Shown: positions 34,101-49,100 of the stretch, in pieces | How positions within the stretch are numbered: the stretch's first letter is position 1 | Layout of the letters: every line of letters begins with the position of its first letter | NCBI GenBank assembly: GCA_964016885.1 | Contig: OZ024743.1 | Span: 100,192,001 to 100,256,000 of the forward strand | Direction: 5' to 3' | Source: Eledone cirrhosa | Lineage: Eukaryota | DNA length: 64,000 bases | Made by a program: the position numbers and the translations under genes | The notes under the pieces: generated by a model | Told to the model about the DNA's origin: nothing | The model's input: only the letters and a program-made list of their open reading frames with translations | The model's database searches: none

Positions 34101-37100
34101 CTCTGGCGTCACGCAGTAATACAGAGTACCCGACCTCCTATGGGTACAAGCTGAAGCATATAGACAATATGCCCCCACACCTTCCCACTGCAAGATGGTC
34201 GTGGAGGTGCCACGGCAAAAAAGCACCCAGCCCACACTGTAAAGTGGACGTGTAGGCGCCACGAAAAAGCACCCAGCACTCACTGTAAATGAGGTTGGTG
34301 TTAGGAAGGGCATCCAGCTGTAGAAATCAAGCCAAATCAGTTCCTGTATGAGCAAGGCATAGTCAGCCGACCAGGCACTGCCCACAACAGGACAACCCGT
34401 CTAACCCATGCTAGCATGGAAGAACGGACGTAAAACGGTGATGATGATGATCCCAAGTTGTTCCTTGTCATATATTTTGTTTCGTTGATTTTAGGACTAG
34501 GAAGGAAACAGGAAACCATGTCTTAACCATTGCTACTAATTATTTAATTAATATTCTTCTACTTTTAATTAAAAAAATTTAGCTTGCCATTCAGTCCCCT
34601 GATTATTGTTGCTTCTGAACTTACTAAAGATATTCCTGCATCAGAAAGTTCTGGTAAGTTGTTTTTATCTTTTCTTTTTACCAATTCCATTGTATGCAAT
34701 AAAATGCTTGTTGTAAACACACATGCATCAAATTAACAGACCTCTGTCAGCTTTGACACTATGTTCCAGTTTTTCAATCAATGGAACAGCCTTCTCATGA
34801 AATTATTGAGTAAGTGGCTGAGCATTCCACAGACATATGTACCCTTAACGCTTTAGCATTTAAACCAGCTGTATCTGGACAGAATTTTCTCACTTCATTC
34901 TGTTCAAACTGGCTGTGACCGGCCGCTCATACTGATGTTAAGGTATTGTACTCAAAATTTCATAGATTTGATATTGTGTGAGGTAAAGCCTTTACCATGA
35001 AAATATAATAGTAAATATAGAGTTATGTAAATGCTAAAGGGTTAAGATAATTTTCAGAGAAATTCAGCATTACACAGTGACCCTTTGAATTACAGGTTCA
35101 GTCCATCTGATAGACTTCCAAACAGTTTCCGTCTGAGGAAATAGTAAATGACATTTGCCCAAGATTGTATTGGGATCGAACCTGCGACCTAATGATTGCG
35201 AAGTGAACTCCTTATCCATTCAGCCATGCCTCATCTACACACATACATCATAAAATTTGGCACTTCTTTCCATTATAAAATAAATGAACTCTGTTGATTT
35301 CAATGATGAATATTTCCATATTTTATAATGGTTATATTTTTATTTCTTTTACTGAAACTTGCTGCAAAAAATAAGTTTCTTTGTTTTTAAATTTCTTTTC
35401 ATTTTTTTATTTATTTATTTATTTTTTTTTTTTCTTGGTTTCAGCTTTGAAATATTTCCTAAGATCTGTATTATTAGACTTGTTCCATGCCCAGTCTGAT
35501 CCAATGGCTCTTTGTTATTTTGTGCTCAAAGAAAATATCAAGGATCTCTGTTGGATGAACAAAAGAGTTGTTAATTATATCAAATCTTACTTACCAAATT
35601 CAAAAGTAAGTAACAATTCCATTCCAATATTGTTGCAAGGTATAATTTTTGTCTTTATTTCGAATCACTTTAAGCCTTTTGATAGCACACCACTCCTGGT
35701 TCTATGATACTAAACACTTCCATCTATAAGTCACACACTAGAGATGACTGAGGAAGGAAGGAGTGATGACATCACGCACTAGAGATGACTGAGGAAGGAA
35801 GGGGTGATGACAAACTACAGAAAACAACATCTAACATTCACTACACGTGTGTGTGTGTATTTGTAAGTGTGTTTGTGTGTTTATAATAATATACTCATGT
35901 GTCACCATGTTGAAAGACATTCTAGTTATAAAGTTTTTGCATTTATCTAAAAACCTTGCATCATAATTTATGTAAGAACTGTTGTTAAGTATGAACATTT
36001 TAAAAGGAGGTCACTCTGATCGATCAACAAGATTCCTGACCTCATTCGCTTGCCCGATATTATCTACTGGTCACATCTGGCAGAAAGAGCAACATGAAAT
36101 AAAGTGTCTTGCTCAAAGACATAACACATCACCCAGTCCAGGAATTGAACTCGCAACCTCACGATTGTGAATCCAACTCTAACCACTAAGCCATGGAGCT
36201 GTTGTGTATAAAACCTCTGAAATTTCAGGAAGGTTGGTATCAAAAGTGTTAATCTGTTACATAATTTATATTTTCAGTTGAAAATAAAAAACAACCCTGT
36301 TGACCTTGAAGCTGCTCAAACAGAAGCATTTTCATCTTTGTTCAAAACATTATACCGAAATCCCTCAGCTTGTACCAATAGTGAAGAATTTATAAACCTA
36401 CTACTGAATTCATTGAGTTCTTTAAGTGTTGTTGAAACGTTCAGAGCCTTCAATCAGAATCTATTTTATATTAAAGTTTCATTAAGCTGTTTTGAAAAGG
36501 TTTGTGAATTATATTTTTTTAATTATAATATTTTCTTCTTCAATGTCTTCATCATCGTTCTATGTCTATTGTCCATTCTAGCATGGGTTAGACTGGCTGT
36601 TACCGTTTAAGATTTAACAGGTCAGATGACCATGCCTTACTCATATCTTCCATTTTGGCATGGCCTCTATGGCTGGATGCCTTTCCTATCACCAATTACT
36701 TTACAATATGGTGTATTTTTATCATGAGACTAGCCCTACCACCTTACAGGATTGGCTGAATGGAGTGAAGCAACATAAAATGAAGTGTCTTGCTCAAGAA
36801 TACAATGTGTCACCCAGCTTGAAAGCTGAATCCACAATACTAACCACTAGGTTGTGTGCCTTCACTAGAGTCCCCTATATCCTACATTATCTCCATTGAA
36901 TCGCCAATCACTGTATAGAGTGTGTTGAGTGCATTTTACTGCGACACCAACACTAGAGAGGTAGTCTTGTCCTCTCCATTTTTTAGGGTAAACAAGACCA
37001 AGCATATGAATATTATTTAAGCATACTTGTGATATGATCGGCTCCTCACTGTCTCTGGTAAATGTCCTTTCATCAGAGGGATAGTAAAAAATGAAACTTG

Positions 37101-40100
37101 CTTTTTATATGCTTAAAGCTTTTAATTTGCTTTAAATGTGTATTCATGTATCTTTTCTATTTTCTTTCCACAGGATACTGATGTTTTGCCTGATGCCATA
37201 AAAACTTTAGAACTTTACTTCAAAATTATAAAGAAAATATTAAATAATTTATTTGAGCAAATTTTGAAGCATGTTTCCATAAATCCTTATAAAAGTTTCG
37301 TTTTGAAACCTTTTGAGAAGAGTGCTGTAGGAGATCTCTTGAAGCAAGTGTTAGATACTCTCTCATCTCAAAGTTCTTTGCTGTATTGGTTTTTCTTCAT
37401 TCCTGACAAAAATTCTTTAGAATCCAAACAGCCAAGTGAAACTCTCAGTTTTATCAGGAATCTTGTTACTAAAGAATTAGTTGAAATATTTTGTTTTCTA
37501 TCTAAGGTATCTAGTAAGAAGAAACAGATCCTTCCAGAAGTTTATAGACAAAAAATACTTCATTCTTTGAATAACTTATGTCAACAATCCAAGAAAAAGG
37601 AAATTGTTAAAACAGATGAGTTATCATTTATTTTCAAAAATGTAAACGATCTTTGTGATATTCTTGATTTTATCACCATTCAGAAGATTATTACTACTTT
37701 TGTTCAGTCTCCAAAAAATAGCGTAATTTATGAAGATAGTTTGAATATTTCTGGTGAAACTTTAGTGAACTTACTAAATCATTTATTAACTAATAATAAA
37801 AATATTGATTTAGAGATTACAAATGTAAACGTTATTTTTCTTCTGCTAAAATCCTCTAAACTGTTGATGGGACTCTTTACTAAATTAGTTCTTATCAAAC
37901 CATACTACTGTTTAGTTTGCTCTGCCAAAACATTTAAATATTTTCTTACTGTGGAACCTCCATATTATTTGAACCTGGTTATGATTTTGATGAAATTTAA
38001 TCCAAATTTAGATCAGGTTTTTGTTAACTGGATTCTAGAAAATGGCTTGGCTAAGGACTGTTTAGAAACGTATCTTGAAGTATGCACTTGTTGGTGCCAG
38101 CTACAGAATATGCCAGTTGAAGGTTAGTTGATTTCTTCAACATATTTGAATATAAATATTTTATTATTTAACCCTTTCATGATCATATTTCTAATGAAAT
38201 AGACTGTATTTCAATTGATAAAAGGTTCTCACATCAAATTATGTTGGAATATTTTAATTTGAATATGGACATTTTAAAAATGGGCAGTTTTATTTAAAAA
38301 TCAAGCTGGTTTGGGGAATGTTGTATCAAAAGGTTTAATTAATTCTTAACATTCCACATGAAACTGACTAACAAGACATTTTTAAATAATATAAAACAGC
38401 ATTGACAGCATCACATTATAACTATAGCCTTTAACCTAATACTACAATTATTTACTATGATTATCCACTAGTAAAATATTACAAACATTTGAATTAACAT
38501 GCTTGTTTTTAGATTTTTTCTTCTAAATCATTACAGGATGTTTGTATAATATCAGTCTACCTTTTAGATCAACAAATAAGTTTCATATTTTACATTTTTC
38601 TCAACATGTACTTTATGAAATATATCAGTAGTCATTCTCTCTCCTCTTCAAATGACTGTAGCTGATGGCTCAATATCATTCTACATCTGCTTTCCTTGCT
38701 GGTAAATATTGGATGGGTCATCACAATCCAAGACTAGTCACATTCCTTATTTTGACCTGATTTCTATGGCTGGATGCCCTTCCTAAAGCCAACCACTTTA
38801 CAGATAATATGAAGATTATGAATTGACAAGTATAACACGCCTATTAAGCAAATTCAAATTTAAAACAGTAGCTGTTAATGAATCCTTTTCATTACTGTAT
38901 TTCTAATGAAATTCTCTGCCTATGTGTTTCAATTAATTAGCAAACATTGGAAGGGATATAATGAAATTACTAAGTTGATATTTAGAACATTCTTAATATA
39001 ATTTTATAAAATATAATTATGATGAAAGGTTTTAATATAAAGATAAACATTTTTAAATTAACAGTTTTTTTTTTGTTTTTTTTTTTCCATAAATTGGGGC
39101 CCGATTTCATGTGGTTTGGTATCAAAAGGGTTAATGTAACATGTTAGTATGAATCATGATTATCATTCTTTCTATGTCCACATTTCCATGCTGGCACGGG
39201 TTTGAACGGGATGCCTTTCCTTGCACCAACCCTTTTAGTTGCCTCTTATGACACGCAAGGTTAGGGTGTACCTATTCTAAACACACAGCATGAATATTTG
39301 TTCAATTCTTTATGTTACAGGTGACAAAATGACATGTCTGAAGAAGATCGGTAAGCGTTACCGTAAATATTTGTGCAAGTGGATGGAACAACTGGGTAAT
39401 GAACCAGAGAACAATTCTCACAATACCAAATGCCATAAACTTTTACAAGAACTTACACGGCTGCATGTTTCTGGTATGAAATTTTCTGTTGTTGAAGATT
39501 CAATACACACATCATCATCATCATCTTCGTTTAATGTCCATTTTCCACTCTAGCATGGGTTAGACCCATATATATACATACACACTTACATGTATACGTA
39601 TATGCATGCACACATACACATACATTCACAAATTCACATTCACACACACGCATACATATATGCATTCAGAGAAATTTTGGGTGGCTTCTCTCCACTCTTT
39701 GCATTTCTTCATCATCTCCTTTTAAGATCTGCTCTCACTATTTCTGCTTGGGTTTTCCTTGGTCTTCCTTTACTGCAGCTTTCTTCTATTCAAAACTCCT
39801 GGTCTTTCTTCACTTTTCTCTGATGATGAACAGAACATCGAGATCTGTTAATACCAATAATATAGTCGAAGAATCAATCAGGAAACATTGAGCAAATTTT
39901 GATTTGTGAAAGTATGTTAGCATAAAGTAAGCTGCTTGAATGTAGGTTTTTGACTGAAAATAGCCAAACAAATGGGGCATGTAAGTCCCTAAAGAAAAAG
40001 TGGACAGTATTGCCTGTCAGCATCGGACCCAACTTGTTGGACTATTTTGATTGGTTGATTACGTTCAGGCAACTTACATTAAGCTAACATACAGTTAAAA

Positions 40101-43100
40101 TTCAAAATTTGTTCAAATCTTCATGAATACAATTAATTCTTTGTCTACATCCTTGTCTGTAGTCTATTATTAATAAGGCTTAAAATTGATGAGTAAGTGG
40201 CCAGTCGCACTTTGGTGTAGTGATAGTGCAGCTGTTCGGCATATGGCAGATATGTAAGTTCAGTTCCCACTGGTGATAATCTCCACTTTTTCCGTCTCTA
40301 GGACCTTATATGTCAGGCTTATTCAAATGTTTTCACATTCTAAAAACCTATGTTGAAGCAGCCTACTTTTAAAATAATATATTATCATTTCTTTAGGTTC
40401 CAAGCATTTTGTCCCACTTGAATCTTTCAAGGATATTGTTGACAAGAAAGAAGTCCTTACAATTGAACAGCTTCAATGCTGTTTGTTGAATCTTCAGCGG
40501 CTGGAGAATCAGAACAGTGAAATGGAAGAAGTCTACAGCACCAGGCTTGAAATTTGTATAAAATGTTTTGTAAACAGTATCAATCGAAAATTAGATGATG
40601 ATCAAACCAAACAACTTGAAGCCTATCTTCTGTCATTGTTGGAGAAATATTTAAAGGTGCTAACTACTTTCCTATCAATTTTTATTTCTCATTCTAACAC
40701 ACACAGACTCTCTATCTCTCTCTCTAATATGTAATTTGATTAAAATTGGTTTAAATGATAACCAAATAAACTAAGTAATGATGGAATAGGAAATATCTAA
40801 AAACAGGTTTATTAATTCAAATATTTATAGTATATTTACTAGTGAACAGATTGCTGTAAAAATTTGCAATAAACTAAATTGAAATTTTAATTTTTAATGT
40901 GATGCATCCATAGTGGTTTATCCTAGATATTGACTAATATATAAACAGTCTGTCTGAGAGAATAGGTATTGTTTTGTGACTCTATCAAGACTGAATCAAA
41001 CCCAACTTGATCAAAATCATTCTTTTTTTTTTTTGTTCATTTTTAAAAGTAAGTTTGAAATATTTTTTCGTATAAAATAAATTAATTCTCCAAATCTTTG
41101 CAAGTCATGAAAAGGAACTAAAAAAGTTATCACAAGGAATGGCATCTGGCTGTAAAACATTGCCTCATAAAGGACCCTATGATGAAGCCTAACATGACAC
41201 TAACACCTAATTTAACAGGGAAAATAGCTTTGTTGGTATTGAGTACTGCAATGGATACACCATAAATATTACAAAACACCCACATTGAAAACCAATGGCA
41301 ATCACATATATTCTCTTTCTTTTTCTAGAACATTTCCTCAGAGCAGTTTGATGTCCTTAAAGCTACATGGTCTTCATTCATCCGAAGCAGTCTAAAGTAA
41401 GTGTACTATTTAAATATGTAAAACAGTGCTCATGATGAGGGCTGCTGGTACTATCTTTGGACATGTTACCTCCAAAATCAATGACAGCAACTTTATCATT
41501 GTATTTTTCTGATTATGACTGGAAACACTAGGCTGGATACATTGGTTACATCTATGGTACAAGAAATTAAGAGGTATCAAGACTTCTGGAGTTCTGCAAT
41601 ATGCCAAAGAGAGGAACTTCTATATGGCTATTTGACCAGCTAGAAATAGCAACCAAATCTTCCCCTAATCACACCATTGTCTTTAAAAAATATCAACAAA
41701 GTATAATTGTTTCTACTTTTGGCACAAGGTCAGCAATTACCCCAGTGCATTACTGGTACATTATTTTATTGATCGCATAAGGATGAGAGGCAAAGTTAAC
41801 CTCGGCAGGATTTGAATTAGACCGTAAAGGGACGTGGCTCTATGCTGCAAAGCTTGGTGTCTGACGCTCTACCGATACTGCCAATCCACCGCCTTATGTA
41901 ATATGAGATGTAAAACAGCTTATAAACTATTTACAAAATATCCCTGTGTAAACTTTTACTATTATTTCTATTTCCAGATTCTGTTTTACTGATCCTACAT
42001 TGTGGCGAATCTTGCTCAGTGTTATTCCCACTGTCTATCGCAAGAAAAACAAAGCAAATATGTCACCAGTCTTGAAGGAGCTTCACCAATTGGTTATTTA
42101 CCATTCAAAATTTACAGACATTATGATAGAAAGTGACTCAGGAGTAGCAAATGGTAAGCTTGAGAGCTTATTTGATCCATCGTCATCAATGTTTTGTAGT
42201 TGTAATTGTATATTTGTTCACAATTTCAGGAAAACATTGAATTATTTCCCAAATGTTAATTCAAAATTTTATAGTACAGTATCTTTCATCATCATCACCG
42301 TTTTACGTCCGTTCTTCCATGCTAGCATGGGTTAGACGGGTTGTCCTGTTGTGGGCAGTGTCTGGTCGGTTGACCAAGCCTTGCTCATACAGGAACTGAT
42401 TTTGGCTTGATTTCTACAGCTGGATGCCCTTCCTAACACCAACCTCATTTACAGTGAGTGCTGGGTGCTTTTGCCGTGGCACCTCCACGACCACTTTGCA
42501 GTGGGAGGGTGTGGGGGCATATTGTCTATATGCTTCAGCTTGTACCCATGGGAGGTCGGGTACTCTGTATTACTGCGTGACGCCAGAGGTCACGGTCGTG
42601 TGTCATCGCCTTTGAGAGGTGTAATTGGGTAAGGTCGGCATTTATCACCTCATCCCAGGTCTTCTTGGGTCTCCCCACTCCGCAGTTTCCATTGACTTCT
42701 AGTGCTCTGCACCTTTTTATGCAGCTGTCATCCTTCATACGCATCACATGTCCATACCAACGCAACCACCTCTCCTGCACACAGCATTTGATTCCTCTTA
42801 TGCTCAGTCTCTCTCAATTCATTTATGCTTTGCCGTTCGCGTATATATGCAGGCTTCGTTTCTTTCTAATCTACGTAAGTCTTCCACCTTCAGCGCCCAG
42901 GTCTCACTACCATGTAACATTGCTGTTCGGATACACGCATCATACAGTCTGCCTTTCATTTTGAGGGAGAAGCCTTTTGCAGCTAGCAGTGATAGTAGTT
43001 CCCTGAACTTCCATCCCGTTCTTACCCTAGTTATTGTACTTTCTGAACACCCACAGCCGCTGCTAATTCGGTCACCTAGGTAGCCGAAGCTGTCTACTGT

Positions 43101-46100
43101 TTCTACAGAGCCCTCCCAGAGATTAGTGGTACTTGTTTCCTGTGGCTGTTTGCTGCTTGCTGTCCCAGCACAGCTGCTACATGTGAAGCCTACATTCTTA
43201 ATTAAGCTTCCTGAGATCCCGCTACATCTCTTGTGTACCCATTGTTTGCATTTGGAGCAGAGAATGGAGTTCCTACATACTGAGCAAGGTCATTTCCCTA
43301 AGGGGATCTGGGTTCTGTTTTCTCATCTACTTACAAGGACCTTAGTCTTTGTCATGTTGACTTTGAGACCCTTTCTTTCTAGTCCCTGCTTCCAAGTTTG
43401 GAATTTCTTCTCTAGTTCTACCATAGATTCAGCTATAAGTGCGAGGTCATCTGCATACAGGAGTTCCCATGGGCATCCGGTCTTAAACTCCTCCGTTATT
43501 GCCTGCAGGACTATGATGAACAGGAGAGGGCTAAGAACAGAGCCCTGGTGGACACCAACCTGTACGCTAAATTCCTCGCTATACTCATTGCTAATCCTAA
43601 CTTTGCTGCTGCTCCCCTTTACATGGCTTGTACAGCTTTCACAAGCCATTCATCTACTCCTAGTTTTCTAAGAGCCCACCAGATTACAGCACTTGGAACT
43701 CTGTCAAAGGCTTTCTCAAGGTCGACAAATGCCAGGTAGAGTGGCTTACTTTTAGCTAGGTACTTTTCCTGTAACTGCCTCACAACGAAGAGGGCATCAG
43801 TGGTGCCTCTTCCCGGTACAAACCCAAATTGCATCTCATCTAGTTTCACCCAGTCCCTAATCAACTGTGCTATAACTCTTTCTGTTACTTTCATGACCTG
43901 GTCCATCAGCTTTATACTTCTATAGTTTCCTCTATCTAGTGCATCACCTTTACCTTTGTAGCAGTTGACAATGATGCTACTGCACCAATCTTTTGGTATG
44001 ACACCTTCTAGTATTACCTGGTTAACAATACGTGTGGTTATCGTGTGACCTACAGACCCAGATGCCTTCAGCATCTCGGCAGCTATACCCGATGGACCGG
44101 TTGCCTTCCCCATCTTCATATCTTTGATTGCCTTACTTACTACGCTGCTGCTGACTTGTACTGCTGGCCCCTCTATAGGGTCTACTTGGGGTAGGGTCTC
44201 TTCTTCCCATGCATTCTCCTCATTTAGTAATCTATCATAATGGCTCTTCCATGCATCTTTCTTCTCAGCACTTGTGAGGGCAAGCTCACCTTTATCATTC
44301 CGGATACACTTCTCTCCAATGACATCACAATTCTCTCTGACACACTGCCTCGCAATCTTGAACACCTGTTTCTGGTCCTCACGTTGCAAAACATGCTTGA
44401 ATTTTCTATCCTCTGCTTCCCTCCTAGCTAAGTATACTTGTCGCCTAGCTTCCCTCTTGGTCTCTATGTAATGTACCCTGCTTCCCCCGTTCTTCCATTC
44501 TTTCCATGCCTGTCTCTTGGCCTTAACTGCCTCATCTACCTTATTGTTTCACCCACCACCAAGTCACTTTCCTCCTGCTTGTGGTCTTACTCCAGCCACA
44601 GATCTCATCCGTCGCCTCTAGTAAGTTATTTTTTAGGAACTCTTCTACATTGAATGTCTCTATCTGTTCTTCTTTATTGCATTAGGCATTGAGTAAAATA
44701 TCTTTAAATCTATTACTGGCCGAGGGGTCTTTCAGCTTCCAGATCTTTCTTCAGTCAAGTAAATATTTAAATGTTTAATGTGATGCAGACATAGTGTTGT
44801 TTTATATTTTTTGAGGATTTCTTGCTAATGTGATTTCATGTAATACATTAAAAAGTGTTTCAAATAATATAAATTCTTACTCCTTTTTTTAGAACTTGTA
44901 CTGGACATTATTCTACTTATCATGGAGATGGAACCAGAATGCCATGTTGAAGCACATCTCAATATCTTTTTTGGAGTCTATGGAGCCACCTTATCTCTGC
45001 AAGGTTAAATTTTGTTTAAAATATTTCTTCATTTATTTTATTATTAATCACCTAAACACGGGCAGTAGATTGTCAGTATCAATAGAGCATCAAATAACAT
45101 GCTTTGCAGCATATAGTTACAGCTGTTTAGCTTCTGAGTTCAAATCTTGCCGAGATTAGCTTTGCCTTTCATCCTTATAGGGCTGATAAAATAAATCACC
45201 AGTAATACACTGGGGTCAATTTAATCGATTTACCTTTTACCTTCAAATTGCTGACATTGTTCCAAAAGTAGAAACAATTATTAATCTCTGACACAATTTG
45301 AGGATTTTACTAAAAGCTTCCTTCTGATCATGCCTTAATGATTGTAAGAACTGATTGTAAGCACAGGCAAGGCGGCTGGGCCTTCGGAAATAGTTGCTGA
45401 AATGCTGAGAGCATCTGGAACGGTGGGACACACTATGGTCACCTGGATAGTAAACCAAGTCATACAGAATGGGGTCGTTCCGAAGGACTGGCGTAGCAAC
45501 ATCATCATTAACTGCTACAAGGGTAAAGGAGATGTCCTAGATAGGGGAAACTATAGAGGCATTAAATTAATTACCAGGTCATGAAAGTCACAGAAAAAGT
45601 ATTAGTGCAACTAATCAGAGAGCGAATTGATCTAGATAAAATGCAGTTCGGGTTTGTGTCAGGTAAAAGTACCACAGACGCTCTTTTCATTGTACGACAA
45701 CTACAGGAGAAGTACCTAGCTAAAAGTAAACCCCTATACTTAGCTTTTGTTGACTTGGAGAAAGCCTTTGACAGTCCCCCGCTCCATTATCTGGTGGGGT
45801 CTTAGAAAACTAGGTGTTGATGAATGGCTTGTGAGAGCTATACAAGCCATGTATAAAGAAACAGTCAACAAGGTTAGAATTAACAACGAAGTGAAGAGTT
45901 TAGCCCCCTACTATTTATTATTGCCCTTCAGGCTATAACAGAGGAGTTCACGGCCGGCTGCCCATGGGAACTCCTATACGCAGATGATCTAACGCTCATA
46001 GCTGAATCAATGGCTGAACTAGAGAAGAAATTCCAAACATGGAAGCATGGCCTAGAATCAAAAGGCCTTAAAATTAACCTGTCTAAGACTAAAGTTGTAG

Positions 46101-49100
46101 TTTGTAGAAAGGAAAATAGGGCACAGGTGCCCTCAGGGAAATGGCCATGCTCAGTGTGTAGGAAAGGAGTAGGCAGAAATTCCATTTTATGTCCCAAATG
46201 CTAAGTATCGGTACATAAAAGATGTAGTGGGATCACAGGTAAGCTAACTAAGAATATAGATATGTGGCCGGTGCTCAGGTGCAATAAGTAGCAGCAAGTG
46301 CCCACAGAATACTAGCTCATTCCATTGCACAGACGGTTCTATAGAAATAGTGGACACCTATTACCTGGGTGACAAAATCAGCAGTGGTGGAGAGTGCTCT
46401 GAAAGTACAGTAGCTAGAGTCAGAATGGGATGGAAAAAGTTCAGAGAGCTTATACCACTATTGGCCGCTAAAGGATTCTCTCTAAAAATGAAAGGCAGGC
46501 TGTATGATACCTGCATACGAACAGCAATGTTACATGGCAGTAAGACTTGGGCATTGTGTGCAGAGGATATACGCAGACTGGAGAGGAACGAAGCTTGCAT
46601 GTTCCGTTGGATGTGTAATAGTAATATACGTGAACGGCAAATCATAAATGAACTAAGGGAGAAATTAGGAATAAGAGGGATCAGATGTTGTTTACTCGAG
46701 AGAAGACTACGTTGGTATAGTCACGTGATGCGCATGAAAGATGACAGCTGTATAAAAAAGTGCAGGGCAATAAAAATAGACGGTAGCCACAGAGTAGGCA
46801 GACCCAGAAAAACCTGGGACGACTTGATAAATTCCGACCTCACACACTTACACCTCTCCAAGACAATGCCACTGGACTGAGATCTTTGGCACTACACAGT
46901 AATACAGAAGACCTGCCTTGCCTAAGTACAAAGCGAAACCTACAGTCACTAGGCACCTCTTAACAAAAATACACCCCCGTCCCACTACCCCCACCCCATC
47001 CACACCAATCTTTGATGTAAAGTTATGTTGGTACCACAACATCCAGTCCAAAATAAATGATGTTGTGTAGGTGTCACGACAAAAAAACGCACAGTCCACG
47101 CTGTAATGTGGCCATGTAGGTAACACGGTAAAAACCTCCCAGTCCACACTGTAAACGTGGTTGGTGTTAGGAAGGGCATCCAGCCGTAGAAAACCCGCCA
47201 GACAGTCCTATACGAGCAAGACAACCAATCTTACCTCAAGTGGGAAAATTCCCGTCCAAACCCATGCAAGCGTGGAAGATGGACGTTAAACGATGATGAT
47301 GCTTCACTGTAGAACTTATATCCCAATTTATTTATGGCAAATACTAACCATATATTTTAAACTCCATATCAATAATGCTAATTTCAGTTATACATTCAGC
47401 CCTTTTGATTGTAAAAAAAATGTTCCTCATCAGCCCTGGACAATACTTTACTACTTTTTTAACAGGTTAAAAACTTAAAAGCCTGTATTACTGTTCTACT
47501 CCAACTATATACAGTAATTAATTGTAAACATGGAATTACTGAGACAGCCATTTAATTAGTTATTCTATTTCTTTCAGACCAGAAACTATTGAAGATCATT
47601 TCTCTTTATGAGAAGAATGGAGTGAATTTTAATAAATTTAGGTGAGCATTTATATGTTAATATTTTTTAAATTTTTATTTATTTGATTTGTTGTCACTAA
47701 CCTGGAAATATCATGAAATATACAATAATAGTTTAAAATTTTCTCTGGTTTTCATTCTTGTATTTCTAATTTGCATTGTACCAGCTTTCCTAAAACAGTC
47801 ATAACCACATATCTCACAGTGCTTCATATAAACTATACTATTAAAGTTACTTGTCTTACAGATTGTATATAAATAGATGTATAACTTTTTTTTTCTTATT
47901 CCAGACCATATTTGTGGGGACCAAAATTTATGGAAGTTTACGCACTCAGAGGTTTGGGAAATGATTCAAAGATAGCTGCCCGTGTCAATGATGTATTAAA
48001 CATCATTGACGAGGACAAAATGATGAATTCTATCATGAATTTTCCTTTGGAGAGAAAACTGTGTGTAAGTACAAAATTGACTAACATCATAGGGCATGAA
48101 TTAACCCTTTCATTTCCATATCTTATGAACTACATGGCCTCTGTGTTTCAATGATTTTGAAAATAATCATGAATTTGAGATATATAACTAACTTTCTCAT
48201 TATTAAACATAACTTAAAGATTCTTACATAAAATTATGAAGAAAGCTTTTTAGATATAGAACTATAGAAATATGAAAACTTTAAAATAAACAGTTCTGTG
48301 TTCTTTATAAGGAAGTAAATGTATTTAGTCAGATGTACATTCTGAGTTGCAATTCCTCCTCCTGGTTTAATTTACTTTCCACTTCTTTAGAGGGCAGATC
48401 AGATGTGGTCCAGTCAAATACAGGACACAATTCAATTCATTATACCTTCTCCTAAAATTTATGGCCAATGTTTTTTGCCCTTTTTGCCTCCTTACTCTTG
48501 GGATATTCGTGGGAGCAGAATCCTCAAGTACTCCTTCAAGTACTTCTGTCAGAAGCAACCATCTCCAATTGATGTGAACCAGCTGAGTTCATGGATACTA
48601 TCCAACCATCTTCCTTGGAGTCTACTCATGGGTTTCCTACCTGTTGGTTTTACCCATAAAATCTGTCCAGTGATTTTTGCCTTTCATCCTTCTTGGTTCA
48701 TCATCATTTAACATCTATTTTTCCTGCTTGCATGTGCTGGACAGGTTTTCACTGACCAAGTCAAAAGTCATCTCCAATGGACCAGGGGCCTACATCTCGG
48801 TTACATATGTTACTGTGCTCTACTATGTGCATTTTATCATTGTACCAGCACTAGGGATGTTGTCATGTCTTCTCAGCCCTTTATTCAACGGGTTGTCTAA
48901 GGCTGGGAGCCCCTCTTATTAAAATAAAATACCCAATAATAGAGGAAGTTAAATCAACTTTTCTCTCCCTATTAAAATTGCCAGACTTGTGACTAAATTA
49001 GAAACTATTATTGTTAATTCAATTTTTCAGCCATCCACAGTCCTTTCTGGTGACCAACTGAAGTTATCTGACTGTTATGATCCAAGTTTTCTCCTCCCGG

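Noticed and set aside
41432-41512. Intronic C/D-box snoRNA (ATGATGA...CTGA)
   Set aside because: No adjacent terminal stem and no recognisable rRNA-complementary guide; such motifs are common by chance here.
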